A DNA stretch of 64,000 bases from Limisphaerales bacterium (GCA_965283725.1 CBDIPT010000002.1:537354-601353); one strand, 5' to 3'. Shown: positions 26,236-35,916, numbered from the stretch's first letter. Numbers and translations: made by a program. The notes: generated by a model not told the origin, from the letters alone.

Positions 26236-27408
26236 TCACCCCGTGATCACCCCAAACACCCCCGTGGAACCAAACACCCGCGCGTGTTCGATCTGCACAT
26301 ACCGATCCGTCATGCCCGCCAGATAGTCACAGACAGTGCGCTGCCAGCCTAGTTTGCGGGCGCGCTTGCGAAACTGCTCGCCGATCTCTTTGTGATGCTT
26401 GAGGTAGTGGTGGAACAACTCCTCCAGCATCGCCACGGCGCGCATGTTGGGCTTATGGACGACCGGGTTGTAATAAAGATTCGTGTAAAGATACTCGCGC
26501 AGCTCGATGTTCAGGTCGCGCCGTTCCTCGCTGTAACGCACCAGCGGGTTTTCCTGCAAGCGCACGTCATCCGCTGACTTCACACCCGCTGAGGTGATCA
26601 ATTCCTCCGCCATCGTCACCACATCCCGCACCTGGTCATCAATGATACAGCGAATAGTGAAATAACGGCGCCGTTCGTCATCGAGCGACCCGTGCAATTT
26701 CTTCACGACCTTCGCCGCCTGCGCCCACACACGCACGTTCTTCTTCAGATCTTTCTCGTTCAGCAAACCCGCTTCCAGCCCATCATCCAGATCGTGGCTG
26801 TAATACGTGATCTCATCCGCGAGATTCGCCACCTGTGCTTCGAGCGAAGACGACTTCGCATCGAACCCCTTACGTTTGCTCGGGTGATCGTAGCTGGTGT
26901 AATGCTTCACTAACCCCTCGCGCACTTCCCACGTCAGATTCAGTCCAGGAAAGCCCGGATACTTGTGCTCCAGCTCCTCGACGATGCGCAGGCTGTGGCG
27001 ATTGTGCTCAAACCCGCCGTGATCTTTCATCAGGCGGTTCAACACATCTTCGCCTTTATGGCCGAAAGGGGAGTGGCCGAGGTCGTGGGCGAGGGCGATG
27101 GTCTCCGCGAGGTCTTCGTTGATCTGGAGGGCGCGTGCGATGTTACGGCTGATGGCCGCCACTTCCATCGTATGCGTCAGCCGCGTGCGATAGTGATCGC
27201 CCTGTCCATTGAGGAAAACTTGGGTCTTATATTCGAGGCGACGAAACGCGCGGGAATGGATGACGCGATCGCGATCCCGCTGATATTGGGTGCGCCATTC
27301 GGGCGGGGCTTCCCTGTATTTCCTCCCCCGGCTGTCGGCGGAGAATTGCGCGTAAGGTGCCAGCACCAGCTTTTCGCGCTTTTCCAGATCCTGAAGGCTG
27401 CAAGCCAT
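26236..27408 (-). CDS. dgt: dGTPase-like HD-domain triphosphohydrolase
   Basis: RDRDRVIHSRAFRRLEYKTQVF, DHYRTRLTHTMEV and LAHDLGHSPFGH are the canonical dGTPase family motifs. Confidence 0.9.
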   Translation of the reverse strand: MACSLQDLEKREKLVLAPYAQFSADSRGRKYREAPPEWRTQYQRDRDRVIHSRAFRRLEYKTQVFLNGQGDHYRTRLTHTMEVAAISRNIARALQINEDLAETIALAHDLGHSPFGHKGEDVLNRLMKDHGGFEHNRHSLRIVEELEHKYPGFPGLNLTWEVREGLVKHYTSYDHPSKRKGFDAKSSSLEAQVANLADEITYYSHDLDDGLEAGLLNEKDLKKNVRVWAQAAKVVKKLHGSLDDERRRYFTIRCIIDDQVRDVVTMAEELITSAGVKSADDVRLQENPLVRYSEERRDLNIELREYLYTNLYYNPVVHKPNMRAVAMLEELFHHYLKHHKEIGEQFRKRARKLGWQRTVCDYLAGMTDRYVQIEHARVFGSTGVFGVITG

Positions 27409-27431
27409 AGCCCTAGACTACCCTCAAATCC

Positions 27432-28670
27432 TTAAGGAGCCAACAACTGCTGCACTGCCACGCCTTTGAGTTCAAAGATGCGACGGATGGTGTCCTCGAT
27501 CAAATTGTTCGGGCAGGAAGCGCCGGCCGTGATGCCTACGGTGATCTCGCCTTCGGGCAACCAGTTCTTCGTCTCCACTTCCTGGCTGATGTGCTGGTCC
27601 CAATGGCTGATAAGCGCGGCGGATTCCATCTTGGCCGCGTTCTTGATGAAGTATGTCGGCAAGACTTTTTCACCCATCTCCGCCAAGTGCGAGGTGTTGG
27701 AGGAGTTGTAACCGCCCACCACGATGAGCAGGTTCATCGGTTCCTTCAACATGCGCTGCAAGGCGTCCTGACGGTCTTGGGTCGCACCACAAATCGTATC
27801 AAAGAAACGGAAGTGCTGGGCCAAATTGTTGATACCGTATTTCTTTTCCAGCGCGGCCCGGATGCGGCGTTGCACTTCTTCCGTCTCACCGCGCAACATC
27901 GTGGTCTGGTTCGCGACCCCGACCGTTTGTAAATGTTTCTCCGGATCAAAGCCCGGCGAGTAAGCGCCCTTGAACTTCTCCAGAAACTCTTCTTTGCTGC
28001 CGCCGTTCAAGATGTAGTTGCAGACGTAGTCCGTCTCTTCCAGCGTGAACACCACGAGGTAATGACCAGTGCCATAAGCCGTCGCCTGCGAGGTCGTCGC
28101 CTTCGTCTCTTCGTGCTTGGCTTTGCCGTGGATGATGCTGGTGACGGCTTCCTTCGAATATTGCCGCACGCGCTTCCACACACTCATCACGTCACCGCAG
28201 GTCGTGTCGACGATTTGGCAGCCCTTGGCCACGATCTTGTTACGCGTGACCACTTCCGTACCGAAAGCGGGGATGATGACCACGTCGTCCGCCGAGAGCA
28301 TCGTGATGTCGGCATCCGTGGGATGCGGCGAGATCGACTTGATGCCCAGATTGCGGATCTGGTCGTTCACTTCCGGGTTATGGATGATCTCACCGAGAAG
28401 GTAGATGTTACGCGGTTCCGGGAAGACCTGACGCGCGGCGTAGGCCAGATCAATGGCGCGTTCCACGCCGTAGCAAAAGCCGAACTCCTTCGCGAGCTTG
28501 ATGGTCAGCATGCCCGGAGCAGAGAGGACCCCGCCATTGGCGCGGATGCGGTCCACCAGTTCGCTACGGTAATGCGTGATCACCTGTGCTTGGACGGCTT
28601 CCATCACATCGGGCCGGCGCAGGTTGATCTTGCCGGGGGCGGCTGGAGCGGTCGGAGCTTGCGTTGACAT
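27432..28670 (-). CDS. ispH: 4-hydroxy-3-methylbut-2-enyl diphosphate reductase, long (cyanobacterial/plant-type) form; in frame with upstream argF without an intervening stop
   Basis: Internal ATG at 28670 (MSTQAPT...). YRSELVDRIRANGG...KLAKEFGFCYGVERAIDLAY, later VVGGYNSSNTSHL. Confidence 0.85.
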   Translation of the reverse strand: MSTQAPTAPAAPGKINLRRPDVMEAVQAQVITHYRSELVDRIRANGGVLSAPGMLTIKLAKEFGFCYGVERAIDLAYAARQVFPEPRNIYLLGEIIHNPEVNDQIRNLGIKSISPHPTDADITMLSADDVVIIPAFGTEVVTRNKIVAKGCQIVDTTCGDVMSVWKRVRQYSKEAVTSIIHGKAKHEETKATTSQATAYGTGHYLVVFTLEETDYVCNYILNGGSKEEFLEKFKGAYSPGFDPEKHLQTVGVANQTTMLRGETEEVQRRIRAALEKKYGINNLAQHFRFFDTICGATQDRQDALQRMLKEPMNLLIVVGGYNSSNTSHLAEMGEKVLPTYFIKNAAKMESAALISHWDQHISQEVETKNWLPEGEITVGITAGASCPNNLIEDTIRRIFELKGVAVQQLLAP

Positions 28671-29615
28671 ATCAGGGGATACTTTAGCAGGCTGCGACGG
28701 AACGTCCAGTGAAGGTGCGACCATCCAGTTCATGATCGCCTTCTGCGTGTGCAGCCGGTTCTCCGCCTGGTCGAAGATGGTCTGGGCATGGGCTTCCATC
28801 GTGGCATCATCGATTTCCTTACCGCGATAGGCCGGCAGGCAATGCATCACCAAGGCACCCGGCTTGGCCACCTTAACCAGTTCAGCATTAATCTGATAGC
28901 CCGTGAGATCTTTGATGCGCTGGGCGGCTTCCGCTTCCTTGCCCATGGAGACCCAGACATCCGTATAAAGCATATCGGCGCCCGTGGCTGCGGCCTTCAA
29001 ATCTTCTGTGCAAACGACCTTGCCGGGGCCAACCGCCCGTTTGAGCAATTCCGCGCTCGGCTGATACGCCTTCGGTGCTGCAATACGCAATTCAAAGCCC
29101 AACTTGGCCGCCGCGAAGACCCAGCTTGCCGGAACGTTGCACGCGCCATCGCCCACGAAGGTGACGACCTTGCCTTGGATCGGCCCGTTCTTTTCCTGGA
29201 ACGTAAAGATATCAGTCAGGATCTGGCAGGGATGCTCGTCATCCGTCAACGCATTGACCGTGGGGATATTGGAAAACTTGGCGAACTCTTCCACATCACT
29301 CTGCGCAAACGTGCGGATGACCGCACCGTGGATCATGCGGCCCAGCACGCGGGCGGTGTCCTTGATGGGTTCGCCGCGACCGAGCTGGATATCGTTGGCA
29401 TTGAGGAACAGGGCGTTACCGCCAAGTTCACGGATGCCGACTTCAAAAGAGACGCGAGTGCGCGTGGAAGATTTGGAGAAGATGAGCGCCCAAGTCTGGC
29501 CCGCGAGTGGCTGCGTGGCATGCTTGCCGCGCGTCTGTTTAAAGACCGCCGCATCACGCAACACAAGTTCCATGTCCTCGCGGGACATCGTCTCCAGACT
29601 CAACAGATGCTTCAT
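28671..29615 (-). CDS. argF: ornithine carbamoyltransferase (no stop codon before ispH in this assembly)
   Basis: ATG at 29615 (MKHLLSLETMSRED...). STRTRVSFE, HPCQILTD and HCLPAYRGKEI motifs. The ORF track shows one 748-aa ORF at 27432-29678. Confidence 0.85.
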
Positions 29616-29801
29616 GTTCGCTTGCCTAAAAAAGCAAATTCGCGGGTCGTAAGCCGCCCGCCTGCCTCCCCTTTTCAACGAGGGGAAAACGCAGTTTATA
29701 GGGAAGTCACCCGTGGTTTGTCCACGGGTTTTTACAGAAATTTACGATAACGTAACGGGGCGAAATCGTGCTCGTCCTCGTCCTCGATTGTTTTTCCCGG
29801 C

Positions 29802-31096
29802 TTACGCCACCGCCTTGATGGCCTTTTCAATGATGGCGAGACCCTCTTCCGCATCGCTCTTGGTGAGATTGAGGGAAGGCAGCAAACGCACCACTTGTGC
29901 GCCGGACGGAATGGTCATCAAGCCCATGCTGTGCAGGCGATTGACGAACTGGATGGAGGCAGCCTTGTCACTCGTCTTGAACGCCGGCAGATCAGCCGAC
30001 AACTCAAAACCAAGCATGAAGCCCAGACCCGCACATTGTTCACCACGTGCGGATACGTCTTGGCCATGTGTTCCAACCCGGTCTTGAGGAAGGCGCCCAA
30101 ATTCCGTGCGTTGTCCGCTAGGCCTTCTTTCTCAATGACCTCGATGACCTTCAACGCCACCGCGCAACCCAGCGGCGTGCCGCCGTACGTCGTGCCGTGT
30201 GTGCCGGGGCCAAGGATGTTTTCAAGCTGCACGCCGTGAACCTCGCTCCGCACCCAGAAGGCACCCATTGGGAAACCGCCGCCGAGCGACTTCGCCATGG
30301 AGATGACATCCGGCAGGAACTTCTCGCCGCCGGGAACGAATTCGAGAATCCGCTGAAAACTCTGGAACCGGCCGGTGCGGAAGTGCCCGCACTGCACGCC
30401 ATCCATCATGAGCAGCAACTTCTTCTCATCGCACAACTGCCGCAGACCGAGCAGATATTCAACCGTCGCCGGCGTGATGCCGCCTTCACCTTGGATTCCC
30501 TCGATCAAGATCGCCGCCGTGGCAGGGGAGATAGCCGCCTTCATCGCTTCCAGATCATTGAACGGCACATGCCGGAAGCCGGGAGTCATCGGCTCGAAAC
30601 CCTTCTTCACTTTCTCCTGACCGGTGGCAGAGATGCCCGCAAGCGTCCGGCCATGGAAAGAGTTAACTGCCGTGATGACCTCGAACCGGCCCTCATCATG
30701 ACCGAACTTCCGCGCGATCTTGTAAAGCCCTTCGTTCGCCTCGGCACCGCTATTTGCGAAGAACACCTTGCCGGGCGCGATATAGCTCACGATCTTCTGG
30801 GCCAAACGCCCTTGCGATTCGTGGTGGTCCAGATTGGAGATATGCACTAACCGCTTGGATTGCTCAATGAGCGCCTCCGTGACCGCCGGATGCGCGTGCC
30901 CAAGCGAGCACACCGCGATACCGCTGCCCAGATCCAAGTAACGCTTGCCGTTCACATCCCACAAATGGCTGCCCGCGCCATGGCTGAACACGAGTTCAAA
31001 ACGGCCATAGCTCGGCACCACGTTGCGCTGGAATAATTCCAGAACGGCTTGCTGCTGGTTCTGCACGATCGGCGCTGGCGGAACGATTTCTTTCAT
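29802..31096 (-). pseudogene. argD: acetylornithine aminotransferase, frame broken at a G-run (plus-strand ccc 30028-30030)
   Basis: ORF 29918-31096 is class-III aminotransferase-like through ...YPHVVNNVR. The authentic C-terminus (G)LGFMLGFELSADL...AIKAVA is in ORF 29802-30017. One extra G restores VRGLGFMLGFEL. Confidence 0.85.
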
Positions 31097-31161
31097 TTTT
31101 GTAAATCAGGAAAACAAATCCCAACTGTCAGAGGAAAAGCATTACTCCTATTCAAGACGGT

Positions 31162-31518
31162 TTATGCCGCCACCTTACGAGGAAAGCAATCAGCCACTGT
31201 TTTCGAAATGCCAGCAGCTAAGGAAATCAGGAAAGCGCTCCATCTCCCTCGCCCCTCGGAGGGGAGAGGGCCGGGGTGAGGGGTGCCCCCTTTCCCATTG
31301 CCGCTTTCAAAATTCGCGAACTCCAAAACCGTAACCGCCTGCTCACGGGTGACATCAGGAAAGCACTTCAAGTAATCGTCGAGGCTCAGGCCGCTTTCGA
31401 GGTTGGAAAAAAGGCTCTCCACCGGAACGCGCGTGCCCACGAAGCAAGGCGCTCCGCTCATCCGTTGCGGGTCCACCCACACCGGCAATCCTGCTGGCAC
31501 TGTCCAGTTCGTATCCAT
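31162..31518 (-). CDS. DUF433-domain protein (antitoxin-like HTH), 3' end reads through a GC-rich palindromic repeat
   Basis: VDPQRMSGAPCFVGTRVPVESLFSNLESGLSLDDYLKCFPDVTREQAVTVLEFA matches the DUF433 pattern. The last ~40 codons (…PHPGPLPSEGRGR…) overlap the repeat at 31244-31285. Confidence 0.65.
   Translation of the reverse strand: MDTNWTVPAGLPVWVDPQRMSGAPCFVGTRVPVESLFSNLESGLSLDDYLKCFPDVTREQAVTVLEFANFESGNGKGGTPHPGPLPSEGRGRWSAFLISLAAGISKTVADCFPRKVAA
31244..31285. repeat. GC-rich palindromic repeat (ctccctcgcccctcggaggggagagggccggggtgaggggtg)
   Basis: An imperfect hairpin at 31246-31270 followed by ccggggtgagggg. This sequence type recurs in many bacterial intergenic regions (from memory). 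Confidence 0.6.
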
Positions 31519-31567
31519 GATTTACTTCTAACACGTTCCAGCTCCGAACGCTAGAGCGCTGTTTGAC

Positions 31568-32443
31568 TCAGAGAACGACCTCAGTGCCCACGCCGGCATC
31601 CGTGAAAACCTCCACGATGACCGCGTGATTCATGCGGCCATCCACGAAGGACACCTTGTCCACGCCTGCCTTCACGGCGGCCACGGCGCTGTCGACCTTG
31701 GGGATCATGCCTTTGTCGATGATACCCGCTTTCTTGAGGTCGGCGACTTCCTTGGTGGCGAGATGTGAGATAACCGTGCTCGGATCTTTGAAGTCACGCA
31801 TCAATCCCGGCACATCGCTCATGAAGATGAGCCGCTTCGCCTTGAGCGCGATGGCCACCATCGCCGCCGCCACGTCGGCGTTGCAGTTGTAAACCTTGCC
31901 GTCTGTGCCGAGCGCCGTCGGGCTGATGATGGGCGTCACGCCGCGGTCGATGCATTCCAGCAACGGCTCCACGTTCACTTTCACCACTTCGCCGACATAG
32001 CCGATATCGATCTTCTGACCGTCGGGTCCATCAAGAAGCAGCTTCTTGCAGGTGAAAATTTCTGTGCCAGCGAAACCTTGTGCGACACCGCCGAGACGAT
32101 TGATCGTCCGCACGATCTCTGGATTGATTTCGCGCGAGAGCACTTGGTCCACCACGGCAACGGTTTGTTCGTCCGTCACGCGCTGGCCTTGGATGAACTC
32201 CGCCTTGAGGCCGGACTTGTCCATGGCGCGGGTGATGGCCTTGCCGCCGCCATGCACCACCACGGGGTTGATCTCCACGGCCTCGAGGAACACGATGTCG
32301 CGCGCCACGCCATTGCGCACCGCCTCATCGGGCGAGTCCATGAAGCTGCCGCCGTATTTCACGACAAACGTCGTGCCGCTGAATTTCTGGATGTAAGGCA
32401 ACGCTTCCAGCAACGTCGCCGCTTTAGAGATCAAATCCTGCAC
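31568..32443 (-). CDS. argB: acetylglutamate kinase
   Basis: FVVKYGGSFM..., VVVHGGG and NCNADVAAA are amino-acid kinase family / ArgB motifs. Confidence 0.92.
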   Translation of the reverse strand: MQDLISKAATLLEALPYIQKFSGTTFVVKYGGSFMDSPDEAVRNGVARDIVFLEAVEINPVVVHGGGKAITRAMDKSGLKAEFIQGQRVTDEQTVAVVDQVLSREINPEIVRTINRLGGVAQGFAGTEIFTCKKLLLDGPDGQKIDIGYVGEVVKVNVEPLLECIDRGVTPIISPTALGTDGKVYNCNADVAAAMVAIALKAKRLIFMSDVPGLMRDFKDPSTVISHLATKEVADLKKAGIIDKGMIPKVDSAVAAVKAGVDKVSFVDGRMNHAVIVEVFTDAGVGTEVVL

Positions 32444-32530
32444 GGCGGAATAAAAGGAACTCAGGGCAAACTTGGCAATAACGATTGTTGCCTATCAGGA
32501 TGTTTGTGCATCACGAAGTGATGCCAGAGA

Positions 32531-32714
32531 GCAGCCGGAGGTTGAGCGACCCAGGAGCGATACCTTCGGGCCGCGTGATAATAAGAAGCACTCTGAAGGA
32601 GTGCCAGAAATCTGCGATCCCGTAGGAATCGTTGGTTCCCTATAAACAGTTACGGAGGTATCGGCGTAGAACGCCTCAACCTCCGGCTACTGTCTGGCAA
32701 CCCTCTCGGGTTGC
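32531..32714. repeat. ~190-nt multi-hairpin structured element, copy B
   Basis: Closing helix 32531-32546/32675-32690. gatacc/ggtatc 32559-32564/32657-32662. Hairpins at 32588-32604, 32614-32631, 32663-32675 and 32697-32714. The last hairpin abuts the argJ stop codon. Confidence 0.6.
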
Positions 32715-34074
32715 TATGGCGCAAATATCTTTACCCCCAACGTCGTCGGGTCCGTCACATCACCCTTGTTGAAATCCACGTAATGCTCCGTCAGGTCGGC
32801 GGCATACATGAATGTCCCGGCCTTGCCGAGGTTCAGGTTGATGTGCAGTTCAAACTCTTTTGGTAACGCAGCGGCGCACAGGTCTTTGTAAGTCGCCTTC
32901 GTCGGCTGGCCGCGCTTGAGGCTCCAGAGAACTTTCTTCGCACCCGGCGCGCTGTAGCCGATGTCCACCTTCTCCTCCACGATCTTCGCCGAGCTGTAGC
33001 CGAGCGCATCGATAATACGGCCCCAGTTCGGGTCGCCACCGTGCCAGCTCGTCTTTACCAGCGCACTGTTCGCCACCGCACGCGCAGCCGCATCCGCATC
33101 CTGGATATTCTTCGCGCCATTCACGCGGACGGTTACCACGCGATGCACGCCTTCACCATCGCGCACGATCATCTTGGCAAGTTCGAGGCAAACATGATTC
33201 AAGGCCGCTTGGAACGTCTGGAAATCTTCGCTCTTTGTGCCCTTGATCAATTTGTTCTCCGCCAGACCATTCGCGAGGACGAGCACCGTGTCGTTCGTGC
33301 TCATGTCACCATCCACCGTGATGCGATTGAAACTGCCTGCCGTGGCTTCTTCCAAAGCGGCTTGTAGCGTCTTTGCTTCGATCGCCGCATCCGTAGTGAT
33401 GAAGCAGAGCATCGTGGCGTGGAGACCTGCGGGTATCCTTTAGGCAATGCCGCCGGACGCGCACCCGTCGCGCTCATACCCGGCTGGATCATGCCTGCGC
33501 CCTTGCACATGCCGCCCATGCGCACTTTCTTGCCGCCGAGCTTGAATTCGATCGCCACCTGCTTCGGCTTCGTATCGCTGGTCATGATGGCTTCCGCGGA
33601 TTCCGCCGCGTGTTGCACCTCGCTGCCGAGCAGTTGCAGAGCGTCATGGATGCCCGTGCGCACATTCTCCATCGGCATATTCACGCCGATACGGCCGGTG
33701 GAGCCGACCAAAACATGTTCCACCGGTAAGTGGAGCTGGCCCGCGACGAGCTTGGTCATGTCCAGCGCGTCCTTCATCCCTTGGCGACCGGTGCAAGCGT
33801 TCGCATTGCCAGAGTTCACCACCACGGCCTGGGCGATGCCCTTCTGCACACGCGGCACGCAGACCTTCACCGGCGCGGCGCAGATCTGGTTCGTCGTGAA
33901 CATGCCTGCCACGGTGCAGGGCACTTCGGAGACGATCACGGTGAGATCGCGCTTCTGACCTTTGTTGGAGCCTTTGCCGGTGCCGAGACGTTTGATGTCG
34001 CAGAACACGCCGGAGGTGAGAAAGCCTTGCGGCGCGACGATGGCGCCTTCCACTTGCTTGAACGATTTCTTCAT
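32714..34074 (-). pseudogene. argJ: bifunctional glutamate N-acetyltransferase/amino-acid acetyltransferase, frame broken within 33424-33439
   Basis: The N-terminal part is in ORF 33301-34161 (start MKKSFKQVEGAIVAPQGF at 34074; ...KGAGMIQPGM). The C-terminal part is in ORF 32714-33412, starting at the ATML self-cleavage motif (…LHATMLCFITTDA). Confidence 0.85.
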
Positions 34075-34153
34075 TAACTTTTTCTGCCGGTCGAAACCAG
34101 CGGGCGCAACGGAATCATGACGGGGCTCGGGTGTCAATGGGTGTGCAGAAGGT

Positions 34154-34188
34154 TTAACCACAGATTAACACAGATGGACGCGGATTAC
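34154..34188. repeat. GTTAACC-headed intergenic repeat (ttaaccacagattaacacagatggacgcggattac)
   Basis: Related to 51478-51512 (gttaaccgcagattgacatagatgaacacagattag). Confidence 0.7.
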
Positions 34189-34227
34189 GGAGGGCCGATC
34201 TCCGAATCGGCGGAAGCTGGTACGAGG

Positions 34228-34358
34228 AGCGCGGCCTTCAGGCCGCTTCAACATCCGCAAGCCAGCAGACAAAAAAACGCCTAACGGTTTCCCAATCATC
34301 CTTAACATCTTCAGACCGGGTGGTAATTTTCACCTTGAAGCGGCCTGAAGGCCGCGCT
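34228..34358. repeat. perfect 24-nt inverted repeat pair flanking an 83-nt spacer
   Basis: agcgcggccttcaggccgcttcaa (34228-34251) is the exact reverse complement of ttgaagcggcctgaaggccgcgct (34335-34358). Each arm contains its own gcggcc-tgaa-ggccgc palindrome. Confidence 0.85.
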
Positions 34359-34415
34359 TCTTTGACCTGCTGTTCCACTAAAGACAAAATCGAGCGACTC
34401 TGCCATACTGCCGGG

Positions 34416-35840
34416 ATGAGCCAGTATCAGTCGTATAAGTATCTCCCGGCACTCGCAGGCATCTGCACGATGGATGAAGCGCAGCGGACCGGCCTTTCGG
34501 TGGAGGAATGCGTCCACCGGCTCAAACGTTTTCACTACGCCTTCAAACGGCTGCACCATATCTTTACCGCGCGTATCACCGCAGAGCCGGTCTATGAGCT
34601 AAAGATGGCCTTCAGCTACCACTCGCACCTCTGCGCCGAGCATGTCAGTGCCTTGCGCAAGCGTGTGGGTGAGATGCGCGAGCCACCACTTGGATTAGAT
34701 GCCGTACCGGACAAGAGTCTGGAACTCTTCTTCAACGAAATCCTCAGTGCTACAACGACGGAAGAGTTATTGCTAGGTGTTTATGAGAAAGCCGTGCCTG
34801 CATTGAAAGCCGGACTGGAACGCCATCTCGCGGAAACGAATCCGCTGGTGGATCACCCGTCCGTGCGCGTCGTGCGGCATGCGTTGCTGGAGCTGAATGA
34901 CCTTCTAGATTACGGTACGACGGCGATTGCCTGCATTGTTTCCAGTCAAGCGCGTGATGCAGCCAAAGGCTGGCTCACGTTGCTGGATGATTGTCTTGCT
35001 GTAGCCGGTGGATTGGATGGGGCGACGGAAGCGGTGCAAAAGAATCTGCCGCTAAAGCATTCGGCCAAGCCTTACAAGTTCGATGGTTTTCCGAAACGAG
35101 ACGAGCGGTTCCCGGACCCTTACAACATGGGCGTGAACGCCGAGGTATTCCTGTATGACCAGCAGTTCTTGCCGGACCCGAAGACGCTGATGATGTTCTA
35201 CAAGCGCCTGCGCGAGATCGATGTGCCGGAGATGATGGCGAGCATCATCGCGGAGACGCCGGACAAGCCGTGGGGTTATTATCACGACATGACGCGGCAG
35301 CTCTGGGACGAAGCGCGCCATGCCATGATGGGCGAAGTCGGCTTCGTGAACCTCAATATCAACTGGCCGGAAAAAGTGATGGTGAACTTCACGTGGTCGA
35401 TGGCGCTCAATACGCAGTTGAAGCCTATCGAGCGGCATGCGGTGTTGTATTTCATCGAGCAAGGGTTGATGCCCAAGACGGGCAAACGCTTTGAGTGGGA
35501 AGTGGGCTTGGCCTCGCACAATCCGCTGGCGGGCCTGTTCCAAGATTACGATTGGGCGGATGAAGTGCTGCACGCGCGCGTCGGTCGTGACTGGTATGTG
35601 AGCCAGATCGGTGATGCCAAACAGGCCGTGCAATATGGCGACGAATGCTGGTCCAAGGTGATGATGGGTTGGAGCACGTGGCGCGATGAAGGCCACACCC
35701 AACACCGCAACTGGTGGCCGGGACTTTACACGGCGGCATGCCAGACTTGGGGCATCGAGCCTGATCCCAAGGTGCTCGCCTACAACGTGAGTTATGAGAA
35801 CGTGCGGGCGGATTTGAAGGATTTGAGTGCTTCGGCCTGA
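34416..35840 (+). CDS. ferritin-like (di-iron carboxylate) superfamily protein, DUF455-like
   Basis: ATG at 34416 (MSQYQSYKYLP...). Two ExxH-type strings: LWDEARHAMMGE and WADEVLHARVG. Confidence 0.65.
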   Translation: MSQYQSYKYLPALAGICTMDEAQRTGLSVEECVHRLKRFHYAFKRLHHIFTARITAEPVYELKMAFSYHSHLCAEHVSALRKRVGEMREPPLGLDAVPDKSLELFFNEILSATTTEELLLGVYEKAVPALKAGLERHLAETNPLVDHPSVRVVRHALLELNDLLDYGTTAIACIVSSQARDAAKGWLTLLDDCLAVAGGLDGATEAVQKNLPLKHSAKPYKFDGFPKRDERFPDPYNMGVNAEVFLYDQQFLPDPKTLMMFYKRLREIDVPEMMASIIAETPDKPWGYYHDMTRQLWDEARHAMMGEVGFVNLNINWPEKVMVNFTWSMALNTQLKPIERHAVLYFIEQGLMPKTGKRFEWEVGLASHNPLAGLFQDYDWADEVLHARVGRDWYVSQIGDAKQAVQYGDECWSKVMMGWSTWRDEGHTQHRNWWPGLYTAACQTWGIEPDPKVLAYNVSYENVRADLKDLSASA

Positions 35841-35845
35841 TTAAG

Positions 35846-35872
35846 GTAGCCGCCGAGACACGGAGGCGGAAC
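35846..35872. repeat. R1-family repeat copy
   Basis: gtagccgccgagacacggaggcggaac. Confidence 0.75.
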
Positions 35873-35916
35873 TTGCCAAAACAGCGAGGGATAGGCACTT
35901 TATAGACGTGCCCACG

